Positions 38,106-47,880 are shown, counted from the stretch's first letter. The stretch: 64,000 nucleotides of DNA from Candidatus Omnitrophota bacterium (GCA_016782425.1 JADHYN010000001.1:655-64654); one strand, 5' to 3'. Made by a program: numbers and translations. The notes: generated by a model not told the origin, from the letters alone.

Positions 38106-38957
38106 TTATTTTTTTGCCGCGCAAAATTGTATATCCCCTGTAGGAACATAAATAATCGATTTTGAAAAACGGCTTTTTATTATCCAATTCACAAGGTTCC
38201 CGGGAAACAAAAAAGGGGCGATTCTGGCGGCTTTATTTATTAAAAAACCTATATTTATCCATGCCCCTTTTGTCGTCCACCCTATTGTTTTTAACCCGCT
38301 TCTTTTGTGCAGTAGATCAATGGTGTTTCGATTAAAAAAACATAAATGCTCAGGAACGGTCATAAATGCCCAGTATTTCCTCATAAGACGTGCCACAGGC
38401 GCACCCGCATTAGGTGTACTAAATGTCAAAATGCCGCCTTTTTTTAAGAAGCGTGACAATTTTAAAAAAACATTTACCGGATCCCGTAGATGCTCAAGCA
38501 CATCCCACAGTGTAATAACGTCAAAAAAATCATCGGGGAAATCGCTTTCCTCGATCATGCGACAAATTATGCGTTCGGATAGTTCTGGATTTCGTTGTTT
38601 GGCCAATGTTGTCGCGTCTTCGGAAATATCTATGCCCCACATATCAAAATAAAGTTTGGCATGACTTATAAAATCGCCTGTCGCGCATCCAACGTCCAGT
38701 ATTTTTGCTTGATCGCATGCTCCGTTTTTGCGAAGCCAGTGGATTCTGCGGTAGCAGGTGTTTTTTATAGCTTTATCATTTATGTATTTGCCGCGAGTGA
38801 AATATTTCTTGGAATACAAGGTATAAAGATCTTTCTTTGTTTGCTCATCAAGAACTAACATAAATCCGCAATCATGGCAATGCGCAATTCTGTAAGCAGC
38901 AAATTTATAGAGCAGTGAAAGATTACGTGAACCGCAAAGGCGGCATTTTTCATGCAT
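38106..38957 (-). CDS. class I SAM-dependent methyltransferase with N-terminal Cys4 zinc ribbon
   Basis: The zinc ribbon is CRLCGS...CHDCGF. ILDVGCATGDF is motif I. Confidence 0.75.
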   Translation of the reverse strand: MHEKCRLCGSRNLSLLYKFAAYRIAHCHDCGFMLVLDEQTKKDLYTLYSKKYFTRGKYINDKAIKNTCYRRIHWLRKNGACDQAKILDVGCATGDFISHAKLYFDMWGIDISEDATTLAKQRNPELSERIICRMIEESDFPDDFFDVITLWDVLEHLRDPVNVFLKLSRFLKKGGILTFSTPNAGAPVARLMRKYWAFMTVPEHLCFFNRNTIDLLHKRSGLKTIGWTTKGAWINIGFLINKAARIAPFLFPGNLVNWIIKSRFSKSIIYVPTGDIQFCAAKK

Positions 38958-38961
38958 TGCT

Positions 38962-40377
38962 TTATTTTAGTTGCAATATATCCATACCTACCTGAAATTT
39001 CAGCTTCAGTTCATTAAGGGAACGTACCGTTCTTAAACTTTTGAAAAAATATGATGGTCTAATGTAGAATTCCTTGTAAGCAGTTTTTAATACTTTTTGT
39101 ATTTCATTCATTTGCACGGTTTCAATCCAGGATTTCGGTTTAAAACCGTCTACCGGATTGAGCGCAAATTCACGCCAGTGGTCATGAGGAAACCTGCCGG
39201 AAAACATGCCTTCTTCGTATAGAGGCGTACCGGGAAATGGAATAAGTATCGTAAAATGGCAATACTCAGGATTGAGTTGTTTCGCGAACTTTATCGTTTC
39301 CAGCATATCAGGCAACATTTCTCCAGGACATCCGAACATGAAGTATGCTGCGGTATGAATTCCTGTATTTTTAGACAATTTAAAAACGCTTCTGATCTTT
39401 TCTTTAGCAATGTTTTTCCCCAATCTTCTCCGTACTCTATCATTGCCAGATTCTACGCCATAGTTAATCATTTTGCAGCCAGCCGATTTAAGTGCTTTTA
39501 ACATCTCTAAATCTACACAGTCTATGCGCGCACGAATGCTCCAGATAACCTTAACGCCTCTTTGCTTTATTTCCCTGCAAACCTCGAAAACGCGCTTTCG
39601 GTCAACGTTAAACGTATCATCATAAAACATGATCTTTACAGCACCCGCTTTTATGCATTCCTCCATTTCATCCACTATGTCACCGGCGCTTCTGGATCTA
39701 AAATTTTTCCCAAGATGTGGCCTATCACAAAACGTACATTTATATGGGCATCCGCGCGAGCTAATCATTGTCGTAATCCCAGATCCAAGCACACTCGAGA
39801 AGTAACGTTTGTTTTTTATCATCGCCCTGTCCGGATGAGGAATATCATCTAACTTCTCAATTAAATTGGAGCTCGTGTTGCACACGACATCGCCTTTTTT
39901 AGTTTTGAAACAAAAACCTTTTATTTCTTTCAGGCTATCTTCGTCATTCCATAAGTTTAAAAGCTTCGCGATTGTATACTCCCCCTCGCCCAAGACCACA
40001 TAGTCAACACAGTTAAAGCCTATAGTCTCTTTAGGATAAAGATGGACATGAGGACCGCCGAAAATTACTTTTATTAGAGGGTTTATTTTTTTTGTAAGGC
40101 GAGCCGTGCGCAAGCAATCTATCAACGAATGAGTCATAGCAGTAATGCCTACGGCATCGGGTTTGCTGCGTTTTATACGCTCTTGGATTTGCCCATAATT
40201 CAATCTCTCGGCAACACAATCAACGAACTCCACATCCCAATCAGTCCACCGTTTTACGCTGGCAGCGATATAAAGCAAGCCTAAGGGTGGGACAATTCCT
40301 GTTCCGCGTTCCAGCACATCAGGTAATTTTGTATCGATAACATTTTCTTCTGAAGGGTATAATAAAAGAAGTTTCAT
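38962..40377 (-). CDS. B12-binding domain radical SAM protein
   Basis: SRGCPYKCTFCDR is a CxxxCxxC motif. This is the fourth paralogue. Confidence 0.85.
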   Translation of the reverse strand: MKLLLLYPSEENVIDTKLPDVLERGTGIVPPLGLLYIAASVKRWTDWDVEFVDCVAERLNYGQIQERIKRSKPDAVGITAMTHSLIDCLRTARLTKKINPLIKVIFGGPHVHLYPKETIGFNCVDYVVLGEGEYTIAKLLNLWNDEDSLKEIKGFCFKTKKGDVVCNTSSNLIEKLDDIPHPDRAMIKNKRYFSSVLGSGITTMISSRGCPYKCTFCDRPHLGKNFRSRSAGDIVDEMEECIKAGAVKIMFYDDTFNVDRKRVFEVCREIKQRGVKVIWSIRARIDCVDLEMLKALKSAGCKMINYGVESGNDRVRRRLGKNIAKEKIRSVFKLSKNTGIHTAAYFMFGCPGEMLPDMLETIKFAKQLNPEYCHFTILIPFPGTPLYEEGMFSGRFPHDHWREFALNPVDGFKPKSWIETVQMNEIQKVLKTAYKEFYIRPSYFFKSLRTVRSLNELKLKFQVGMDILQLK

Positions 40378-40390
40378 GCTTGAATAGCTT

Positions 40391-41272
40391 TTATTGTTTT
40401 AATTCTCTTCTTATGTGCGCCATCTGGTCAACAATTAATCCCAAGAAAAAAATCAAAATACCGCTAAAAATAATTAGCAGGGTTATGTCCTGAATGTTCG
40501 AATGTATAATGTCGTACACCAAAAGAAAAGCCCCCCCGAGAAATGTCAGAAATGCCGCGGGTAAAAATAATTTCAGCGGTGAAAAAATTGTCATGAGTCG
40601 AATAACCAACAAGAATGCCTGCATTCCATCGAAAAGAGTAACCTTGCTTTTACCGAAACGCTTACTCGCAGATATAGGAACATACTTGATGTTATATCCG
40701 TCTCTGAGAAGCGCGATAGTCAATGTAGTTGAAAGAGAAAATCCATTTGGCAAAAGGTGCATATATTTCATAACTATATCTTTCTTGATTAGCCGAAAGC
40801 CTGAATTAAGGTCAGGTATGCGCGTTCTTGATAAATAGTTTGCCGTAGAATTGATTATTTTTTTCCCAAATGAATATAGCGCGGACTCTTTAAACCTGCA
40901 TTCTCTTTCCCCGACAACCATATCATAATTATTCATCTCTTCCAAAAATTTACGAATATCTTCGGGATCATGCTGGCCATCGCCGTCAAGCGTACATATA
41001 AAGCTGCCTCTGGCGGCCCTGATACCGGTTTTTATCGAAGCGCCGTATCCTTTATTAAATGAATGCCGTATATTTTTTACATTGAAATTTTGTATAAGCT
41101 TATACGTATCATCTCTGGAACCATCATCAATAACAATTATTTCAAAATCCGGATATAATTTAATCAGCTGCGACAAGATTCCATTAATAGATTTTTCTTC
41201 ATTGTAAACGGGTATAATTATACTAACTTTCGTAATTTGGGTTGTTGCTAATATTAAAGGGTTTCCTTCCAT
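40391..41272 (-). CDS. glycosyltransferase family 2 (polyprenyl-phosphate sugar synthase-like, C-terminal TM anchors)
   Basis: VSIIIPVYNEE...IIVIDDGSRDDT and a DxD-type TLDGDGQHDP motif are present. There are two C-terminal TM helices. Confidence 0.8.
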   Translation of the reverse strand: MEGNPLILATTQITKVSIIIPVYNEEKSINGILSQLIKLYPDFEIIVIDDGSRDDTYKLIQNFNVKNIRHSFNKGYGASIKTGIRAARGSFICTLDGDGQHDPEDIRKFLEEMNNYDMVVGERECRFKESALYSFGKKIINSTANYLSRTRIPDLNSGFRLIKKDIVMKYMHLLPNGFSLSTTLTIALLRDGYNIKYVPISASKRFGKSKVTLFDGMQAFLLVIRLMTIFSPLKLFLPAAFLTFLGGAFLLVYDIIHSNIQDITLLIIFSGILIFFLGLIVDQMAHIRRELKQ

Positions 41273-41303
41273 GTCACTCCCTACCTCCTTTATAACTTTT
41301 TTG

Positions 41304-41642
41304 TTAAGCTTTTATTTTAATCATTTCCTCATTAATCATGTCTACGAGTTGAAGCTTAGAATGGGCCCCTATAAGCCTTTTGATTTCTCGTCCTTCGTCA
41401 AATAGAATAATGGTCGGCACCCCTGAAATGTTAAAACATGCGGCACTTGTTTGATTCTGATCCACATTTATCTTCGCCACACGGATTGAGCCGTTCAGCT
41501 GAAATAACAATTCCGTTAAAATCACTTCCATCATCTTGCACGGAGGGCACCAGGAGGCCCAGAAGTCGACAAGGACGGGAATGCTAGACTTAAGAACTTC
41601 TTCTTCGAAGTTTTTATCAGTTAATGTTAACGGCTTTTCCAT
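41304..41642 (-). CDS. trxA: thioredoxin
   Basis: The active site is WASWCPPCKMM. It has typical thioredoxin length and fold motifs. Confidence 0.85.
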   Translation of the reverse strand: MEKPLTLTDKNFEEEVLKSSIPVLVDFWASWCPPCKMMEVILTELLFQLNGSIRVAKINVDQNQTSAACFNISGVPTIILFDEGREIKRLIGAHSKLQLVDMINEEMIKIKA

Positions 41643-43149
41643 TCTTTTTTACTGCATGGTTATTGTTTTTAATGAGCTCGAGGCGCTCGACTTCCTTTTT
41701 CTCTCCTGACCACCAAGTTTTTGGCAAGATCACATGTTCTTTTTCCTCTATTCGTTTTTTTATTTCCGGCCGGGTAAGAAGAGCGAACATCCTGTGAATT
41801 TCTTTTTCAAGCATATCGCTCTGAACAAAGCCAAATTCATCCGGTAGTTTATTGAAGATTGGTTCGAAGGGATGCCGATCTGCTTCCACACGCGGATTTT
41901 CGACGCGCTGGATTTCGATTTTAAGGCCAAAATCTTTCTCCCCTATTTTTTTAACGGTTTCCGCGAGTTTGCGCATACTGCAGTAGCCAGACATCTGGTT
42001 TACTACGTCATACTGTCCCGGCTCAGGGGGTTTCGCGATAAGACGGGTTATGCACTGCATGGCATCTTCTAACCCTATAAACCCGCGTATCTGCTCGCCT
42101 TTGCCGTAAAGTGTAAGAGGAAAACCTATTACAGCTTGTGCCACATAGCGGTTGATAACCGTTCCAAATGCTTCGTCTATATCATAACGCGTCCTCAATC
42201 TTGGATCAGCAGCTAAATGGTCGGTATACACCCCGTAAATAACGCCTTGCATGACATCATATGAACGGAGCCACCAATATTTGCAGGCCTCATATACGTT
42301 GAATGTATCCTGGGCTTTGCTACAGTGATAAAAACTTACGGGATCGCGCGGCGTAAGCTCACCTCCCATTGACCATTCTCTGTTATTCCACTTAAGGACC
42401 GCATTCGCAGGAAACATTCCTTCAAATATGGGCCTTCCTGTAAGGGGCGTTCCGTACTCACCCATGGTCCCGAGTTTTATTAATGATGCCTCCGGGACAA
42501 CCTCGTGCATAGTAAACAAAAGCCCTAAAGTTCCTATAACGTTGTTTTTCTGCACATAGGCCGCGTGCTCGAAATCTATCATGCTGTACGGAGCGCTCGG
42601 GCACTCGCCATAATGCACGATTGCCTCGGGTTTTACTTCCTCTATAAATTCTTTCAATAACTCTCGGTCTAATATATTAATTTTTCTGAAATTTATGTTT
42701 AGTCCCAGCACTTCCTTAGCAGCATGGAGCCGTTCAGTCATATCGGAAATGGGCACGATTGTATGCGAGCCCCTTTCAGCAACCCATGAGCGTCGACTGA
42801 AGTTGTCTATACCGCTTACATGGCAACCGAGCTTACCGAGCCACAAAGCCAAAGTCCATCCAAGGTAGCCATCCATGCCAAGTATCATGATACGCATGTT
42901 TTTCAGGAGATACCCGTATTGCGTTTCTCTCCATTCGGGGCACTCCTCGAAAGTTATGCTTGTCGGGTCAAAAAGCCCAAGTTCAGGCCGCCTTTTGCAC
43001 TCTGCCATTATGTGGCTATCTCCGGTTTCATCTTGTTTTTTCTCGAATTTCAAAGCAGACTGCCCGCAAGCTCTAAAATCTACTTTTCCTGCCAGATTTA
43101 TTGCGGGGCAATTCCAACAGGTGCAATCGGAGTTATGGAATTTTGTCAT
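41617..43149 (-). CDS. sqdB: UDP-sulfoquinovose synthase (SqdB/SQD1 family) with an ~85-aa Cys-rich N-terminal extension
   Basis: The core reads MRIMILGMDGYLGW, GECPSAPYSMID, NNVIGTLGLL, KLGTMGEYGTP, SFYHCSKAQD and QGVIYGV, which matches the SQD1 active-site blocks. The N-extension is MTKFHNSDCTCWNCP...C...C...C. Its ATG overlaps the upstream stop as ATGA. Confidence 0.8.
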   Translation of the reverse strand: MTKFHNSDCTCWNCPAINLAGKVDFRACGQSALKFEKKQDETGDSHIMAECKRRPELGLFDPTSITFEECPEWRETQYGYLLKNMRIMILGMDGYLGWTLALWLGKLGCHVSGIDNFSRRSWVAERGSHTIVPISDMTERLHAAKEVLGLNINFRKINILDRELLKEFIEEVKPEAIVHYGECPSAPYSMIDFEHAAYVQKNNVIGTLGLLFTMHEVVPEASLIKLGTMGEYGTPLTGRPIFEGMFPANAVLKWNNREWSMGGELTPRDPVSFYHCSKAQDTFNVYEACKYWWLRSYDVMQGVIYGVYTDHLAADPRLRTRYDIDEAFGTVINRYVAQAVIGFPLTLYGKGEQIRGFIGLEDAMQCITRLIAKPPEPGQYDVVNQMSGYCSMRKLAETVKKIGEKDFGLKIEIQRVENPRVEADRHPFEPIFNKLPDEFGFVQSDMLEKEIHRMFALLTRPEIKKRIEEKEHVILPKTWWSGEKKEVERLELIKNNNHAVKKNGKAVNIN

Positions 43150-44429
43150 TTACTACTCTCTCTTTCGGTTAAAAGATTAATTATATTGGTAACGTCACAT
43201 ACGTTGGGATTTTCGGGAATTAAACTTTCGCAATTCTTCCGGTTAACCAGTAAGAACGCATCGTCCCATGAATGCTTGCCGGTAAAAATGCCTTTAGAGA
43301 AAATTCTTTCGGAAGTTAAGCCGGCTTTTAAATTGAATCCCTTACTTCCTAAAAGTACTAAATCCGGCGCCATGTCGAAATAAGGGCCCTTATAAATTTC
43401 TTCTTTTCTATAGATGCGCTTTATGACTTTTTGGTTATTTTCTTTTAAGTCCTCAAATAATTTCTCTACACCTTTTATTACGCTTTCTTTGTCTTCCGGC
43501 TTAACACTGCCTCTCGGGTATTTGCCTTCTAAATTCACGTAGATGCGCGCCGGATCAAGGGCAAAGGCCTTTGTGCCGTAATCTATATGACTAAAATCTA
43601 TTCTTTCTCCGTTCTTCAGTTTCAAAAAACCTGCCTTTTTTAAAATCCTGTTTACATAAACATCCTTCTCGAGTTTTTCAAAACCATGGTCAGAAAGCAT
43701 TAAAAAAGTGTCGTTTTCATTAATTTTTGATGCGATTTCGCCTATCACTTCATCTATTCGCCTAAAATAGCTACTGAACTCTTCGTGAAATTCATTGTCA
43801 GGGTCTTCGTATGCGTCCCACAAGAAATGCATGAGCCGGTCAGTTCCCGTGAACACAAACATGAATGTATCCCATTCCTCTTTCCAGAGTTCCCTGTACA
43901 CAGCTATGCGCGCCTCGTTGGTCCTTTTTAAATCCTTAAGAAAAAGCTCGATGGATTCGTGCGCCTTACTTGAATCGACATCGGTCGCGTAGTTTAGATT
44001 TTTTAGTACCTCAAGCATGGAATTAGGGTAAGTGGCTTTTTCAAGGTCAAGCGCGACAAAACCGGCCACAAGCACACCGTTTAGTTCGTGCGCCGGGTAA
44101 GTGGACGGAACATTGATAACGATATGGCGCTTGCTATGATTTGTTTCCCAGAAGGCAGGCGTCTTTAAATCATTAAAGTTCGGGAAAGAAAGCCTATAAG
44201 TATTTTGCGGGAATTCCGTAAAACCGAAGATACCGTGTTCTGCCGGGTTTTTCCCCGTAATTATCGATGACCACGCAACAGATGAAACTTCCGGTAGACT
44301 TGAGAACATTTTGCGGAACGTGCCGTCTGAAATAATTCCTTTTGTGTTGGGCATTACGCCGCGGTCAGCCAGGTCTTTTAAGAGCCCGAAAGGAACTCCG
44401 TCTAAACCGATTATTATTGTACGTCCCAT
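43146..44429 (-). CDS. alkaline phosphatase superfamily protein (type I phosphodiesterase/nucleotide pyrophosphatase fold); paralogue of 27754..29415
   Basis: IIIGLDGVPFGLL and LMLSDHGF are the metal-ligand motifs of the family. Confidence 0.65.
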   Translation of the reverse strand: MGRTIIIGLDGVPFGLLKDLADRGVMPNTKGIISDGTFRKMFSSLPEVSSVAWSSIITGKNPAEHGIFGFTEFPQNTYRLSFPNFNDLKTPAFWETNHSKRHIVINVPSTYPAHELNGVLVAGFVALDLEKATYPNSMLEVLKNLNYATDVDSSKAHESIELFLKDLKRTNEARIAVYRELWKEEWDTFMFVFTGTDRLMHFLWDAYEDPDNEFHEEFSSYFRRIDEVIGEIASKINENDTFLMLSDHGFEKLEKDVYVNRILKKAGFLKLKNGERIDFSHIDYGTKAFALDPARIYVNLEGKYPRGSVKPEDKESVIKGVEKLFEDLKENNQKVIKRIYRKEEIYKGPYFDMAPDLVLLGSKGFNLKAGLTSERIFSKGIFTGKHSWDDAFLLVNRKNCESLIPENPNVCDVTNIINLLTERESSK

Positions 44430-44455
44430 AAATTAATTAATTAACCACTCACCAA

Positions 44456-45451
44456 TTAACCATTTTTCATTTCCTTTTCCCAGAATTCCCGAAAAAATGC
44501 AATGAATACGCCCAGAAACAATCCTAAAATACCGGCTACAGCAATATTTTTCATCTTTTTTGGCCTTACAGGAAAAGGCAAAGCTTGCGGTTTTTGCACA
44601 AATTTAATGTTTTGGATCTGGTTCTTTTGCAAACCAATTGTATCTATTTGGGTTTTTAAGTTTTCTATGTCTTTATTCAAGCATTCTATCTCATTCAAAA
44701 GATTCTCTTTTCTGCTTTTTAAAGACATTAACTGGTCGCTTAAGGTACTGAAGTAACTAATATTCTGCTGGACAACGTTTGAGTAAAGAAGAGAGGACAT
44801 GCCGTTCTTATTGGTTTTATCGATTAATAAAGCGTCTCTTTGCGCAATTAATTTTTCAGAATTTTCTTTGACAATTTTAAGTTCGCCGAGAAGGCTCGCC
44901 TCTCTCTCTTCGAGAATCTTTAATTCTTTTTCGCGCAACGCAATGCTATCTTTTTTTGACTCTATTATGTTAGAAACAACAGCTGCCTCTTTAGTAAACA
45001 TCTCTTTTTTATAATCAATGTGAGATTGATAAGTTTCGGTCATTTTGATGAATAAATTGTTTAAAAGTCTAACGCCCGTATCTATCTTGCTCTTCGGTTC
45101 TTCAATACTTATTTTTACGAGAGTGGAATCTTTCGGCTGTGTAACTTTAAGACTTAATTTTTTTCGCCCGGGGTCTACGTTTGAAATGCGCAAAACGCTT
45201 AGATTAAACGCTTCTCCTCGTATTTTTGCTGCTATGTTCTTTGGTGAATCTAAATAAAGTTGCTTATTTCCTTTCGTAATCTCAAGGCTAGGCTCTATAA
45301 TCATGGAAATTTCGTAGCTTTTCGGCATTAAAAAGCTGATAATCGCGGCAGCTATCGTTGTGGCAAGAAAAATTAAAAAGATGGTTTTTTTTCGCTTCAG
45401 GATAACTTTCACATAATCGCTTAAATTGACCTCTTGCTCATGCTCTTGCAT
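44456..45451 (-). CDS. polysaccharide co-polymerase / chain-length determinant (Wzz/PCP-like)
   Basis: It has an N-terminal TM helix, a long coiled-coil periplasmic region and a C-terminal TM helix (IAVAGILGLFLGVFIAFF). I place the start at the ATG at 45451, which has an AGGGG RBS. The ORF-track start at 45484 is GTG. Confidence 0.65.
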   Translation of the reverse strand: MQEHEQEVNLSDYVKVILKRKKTIFLIFLATTIAAAIISFLMPKSYEISMIIEPSLEITKGNKQLYLDSPKNIAAKIRGEAFNLSVLRISNVDPGRKKLSLKVTQPKDSTLVKISIEEPKSKIDTGVRLLNNLFIKMTETYQSHIDYKKEMFTKEAAVVSNIIESKKDSIALREKELKILEEREASLLGELKIVKENSEKLIAQRDALLIDKTNKNGMSSLLYSNVVQQNISYFSTLSDQLMSLKSRKENLLNEIECLNKDIENLKTQIDTIGLQKNQIQNIKFVQKPQALPFPVRPKKMKNIAVAGILGLFLGVFIAFFREFWEKEMKNG

Positions 45452-45579
45452 ATTAAATCCCCTTTCTTTCTGTCTAATAAGCACGTTTTGATAGTGACAA
45501 AAAAAGCGCTATTTTTAGCACTTTACTGCGCAATATAGTATCTATATTATAATATATGGTAGCTAGAAATCAACCAAAA

Positions 45580-47109
45580 TCAGCGGCGGGCGTCGCGTGG
45601 AAGGTAAAACGAAAATTCAGAACCCTTTCCAAATTGGGAAGTTACGAAGATTTTCCCGTGAAACTGCTCGATTATCTCTTTGCATATTGCAAGACCCAGT
45701 CCTGTGCCGCCCTCGGTCTTGCCTGTCCGCGCAAGTTGTTCAAATTTGTTAAAAACGCGGCCAAGGTCCGATTTTTTTATTCCACGGCCTGTATCCTTGA
45801 CAGCAATTTTAATATATTTTGAGTCTGATGCCGAACTTATTTTTACTGATCCTTGATCCGTAAATTTAATCGCGTTATTTACCAGGTTATGCACGACCTG
45901 GGCAATCCTATCCCTATCAAATAACACATTTGGTACGAGGGGATTCAGGTTAAGCTCAAGCTCTATTCCCTTTTTTCCCGCTGTACTGCGATAACTCGTT
46001 CCGATTTCGCCGAGAAGCTCGTTTACATTGGCGCGCGTCATGTCAAATTTCATTTTTCCGCTCTCAAGCTTGCCAAGATCTAAAAGGTCGTTTATAAGCC
46101 GCGTGAGGCGTTTTATGTTATCAAGAGCTATGGCAAGCTGTCTTTTCTGCTTTTTACTGACCTCTCCGAGAATGCCTTCTTCGACGACAGCAACGCTTTC
46201 TCTGATTACCGTAAGCGGCGTCCTAAGCTCGTGGGAGACTAAAGAGGTAAATTCCGTTTTTATATCATACATGCGCAAAATTCTATCGTTTGCCTCTTCA
46301 AGTTCTTTTGTCCTTTTCTTCACAAGTTCCTCGAGGCGCTCTTTATAATTCTGCAGCTCCTCCTCGGCAACCATCTTATCCGTTATGTTGCGCGTAATGC
46401 CGATGATCCCGATTATTTTTCCTTTTTCGTCATAATGAGGAATCTTGGTTGTGCTAACATAAGTTATTCCGCCGTCAGAGCGGCGCGCCCTTTCAATCTC
46501 GCCGATAATCGGCTTTCCTTTTTTTATGAGCTCTATATCGTCTTTAAAATATTTTTCGGCTATTTTTTTCGGAAAAAAATCAAGGTCGGTTTTTCCGATT
46601 ATTTCTTCGGGAATTTTGTTAAGGGCTTCGGCGTGGGCCTTGTTTACGAGAACAAACCGGTTTTGCCTGTCCTTGAAATATATCATGTCAGGGATGTTAT
46701 CTAAGAGGTCTCGAAGAAATTTATCTTTATCAACTTCATGTTTTCCGGCGTGCACGGACTTTTCCATCACAACAACAGCGCCCTCGGGTTTTATAAGAAA
46801 GGTGAGGATTTTGAGTTTCATTTCTTGGCCGTTTTTCGTTTTTCCGTCGGCCTTTCCACTGTGAAAGCCGTAGGAATCTAAAAGATTGTAAATCTCCCTT
46901 TTGGCCTTAGGCTGTTTTCGCCTATCCCCGTAAAGAAGCTCGGTCCTTTTGCCGAGAAGTTCTTTGGGCGAGTAACCGAAGATGCTCTCCGCGTCTTTAT
47001 TGCAGTACTTTATCTTCCGGTCAGGCGAAACAATAATGCCCGGCATAGAGAGATTCTCAAGCATCTCCTTAAAAAAAAGTTGTGGAGCATGTGATTTTTT
47101 ATCGTTCAT
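45580..47109 (-). CDS. PAS domain-containing sensor histidine kinase (cytoplasmic)
   Basis: There are two PAS segments. The HisKA block is SHELRTPLT, and HATPase_c carries N (HNLVNNAIKFT), G1 (DTGRGI) and G2 (GGTGLGLAI) boxes. I see no TM segment. Confidence 0.85.
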   Translation of the reverse strand: MNDKKSHAPQLFFKEMLENLSMPGIIVSPDRKIKYCNKDAESIFGYSPKELLGKRTELLYGDRRKQPKAKREIYNLLDSYGFHSGKADGKTKNGQEMKLKILTFLIKPEGAVVVMEKSVHAGKHEVDKDKFLRDLLDNIPDMIYFKDRQNRFVLVNKAHAEALNKIPEEIIGKTDLDFFPKKIAEKYFKDDIELIKKGKPIIGEIERARRSDGGITYVSTTKIPHYDEKGKIIGIIGITRNITDKMVAEEELQNYKERLEELVKKRTKELEEANDRILRMYDIKTEFTSLVSHELRTPLTVIRESVAVVEEGILGEVSKKQKRQLAIALDNIKRLTRLINDLLDLGKLESGKMKFDMTRANVNELLGEIGTSYRSTAGKKGIELELNLNPLVPNVLFDRDRIAQVVHNLVNNAIKFTDQGSVKISSASDSKYIKIAVKDTGRGIKKSDLGRVFNKFEQLARTGKTEGGTGLGLAICKEIIEQFHGKIFVTSQFGKGSEFSFYLPRDARR

Positions 47110-47157
47110 AATAATATATTATAACACAGAAAAGAATAAATCTGACTATTTATTTGA

Positions 47158-47880
47158 CTAATTGATGTTTTTGAAAATGGGAATATTTTTTCGTTTATGC
47201 TCTGATTTCTTGATCATTTCCTGGACCATGGCGAGTTTGGACTTGTCAATTTTTTCAGTATTGTTTTTTTCAAGGGCAAGTATTATTTCATCGAGTTCTT
47301 TGTATGTTATGCCCATTTCCCCTTCGTCAGTCTGGCCTTCCCAGAGTCCGGCTGACGGCGCGCGATTTATTACATCATCCGGCACACCAAGTTCTGCGGC
47401 AAGCTTGCGCACCTCACTTTTTACGAGATCCCCCAACGGAAGAATATCAGAACCGCCGTCACCGTATTTAGTAAAATATCCGACGGAAATTTCACTTTTA
47501 TTACCTGTCCCGGCGACAAGATAATTCAAACTGTTGGCAAAACAGTAAAGCATCGTCATTCGAAGACGCGGTTTCAAATTTGACCTGGCTATTTTTTTTG
47601 CCTCCGAGTTGGTTTTTAGAAATTCGTCGTAGATTTTATCAAGTGAGATTGTTTTTGTTTTTATGCCGGAGACTTTCGTTACCATTTTCGCGTATCGAAC
47701 GTCATCGGCACTACTCTGGCAAGGCAATATCAGCGCAAGTGCGTCTTCGCCCATGGCTTTTTTAGCTAAACACGCGACAACAGCAGAATCGAGCCCCCCG
47801 CTCAGGCCCAGCACAATACCAACCTTTTCGGCTTTCTTGACTTCGTCTTTTATCCAGTCAGAGATTTTATATGATAACAT
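47158..47880 (-). CDS. nadE: NH3-dependent NAD+ synthetase
   Basis: The PP-loop is GLSGGLDSAV. The 240-aa length and motifs are typical of single-domain NadE. Confidence 0.85.
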   Translation of the reverse strand: MLSYKISDWIKDEVKKAEKVGIVLGLSGGLDSAVVACLAKKAMGEDALALILPCQSSADDVRYAKMVTKVSGIKTKTISLDKIYDEFLKTNSEAKKIARSNLKPRLRMTMLYCFANSLNYLVAGTGNKSEISVGYFTKYGDGGSDILPLGDLVKSEVRKLAAELGVPDDVINRAPSAGLWEGQTDEGEMGITYKELDEIILALEKNNTEKIDKSKLAMVQEMIKKSEHKRKNIPIFKNIN

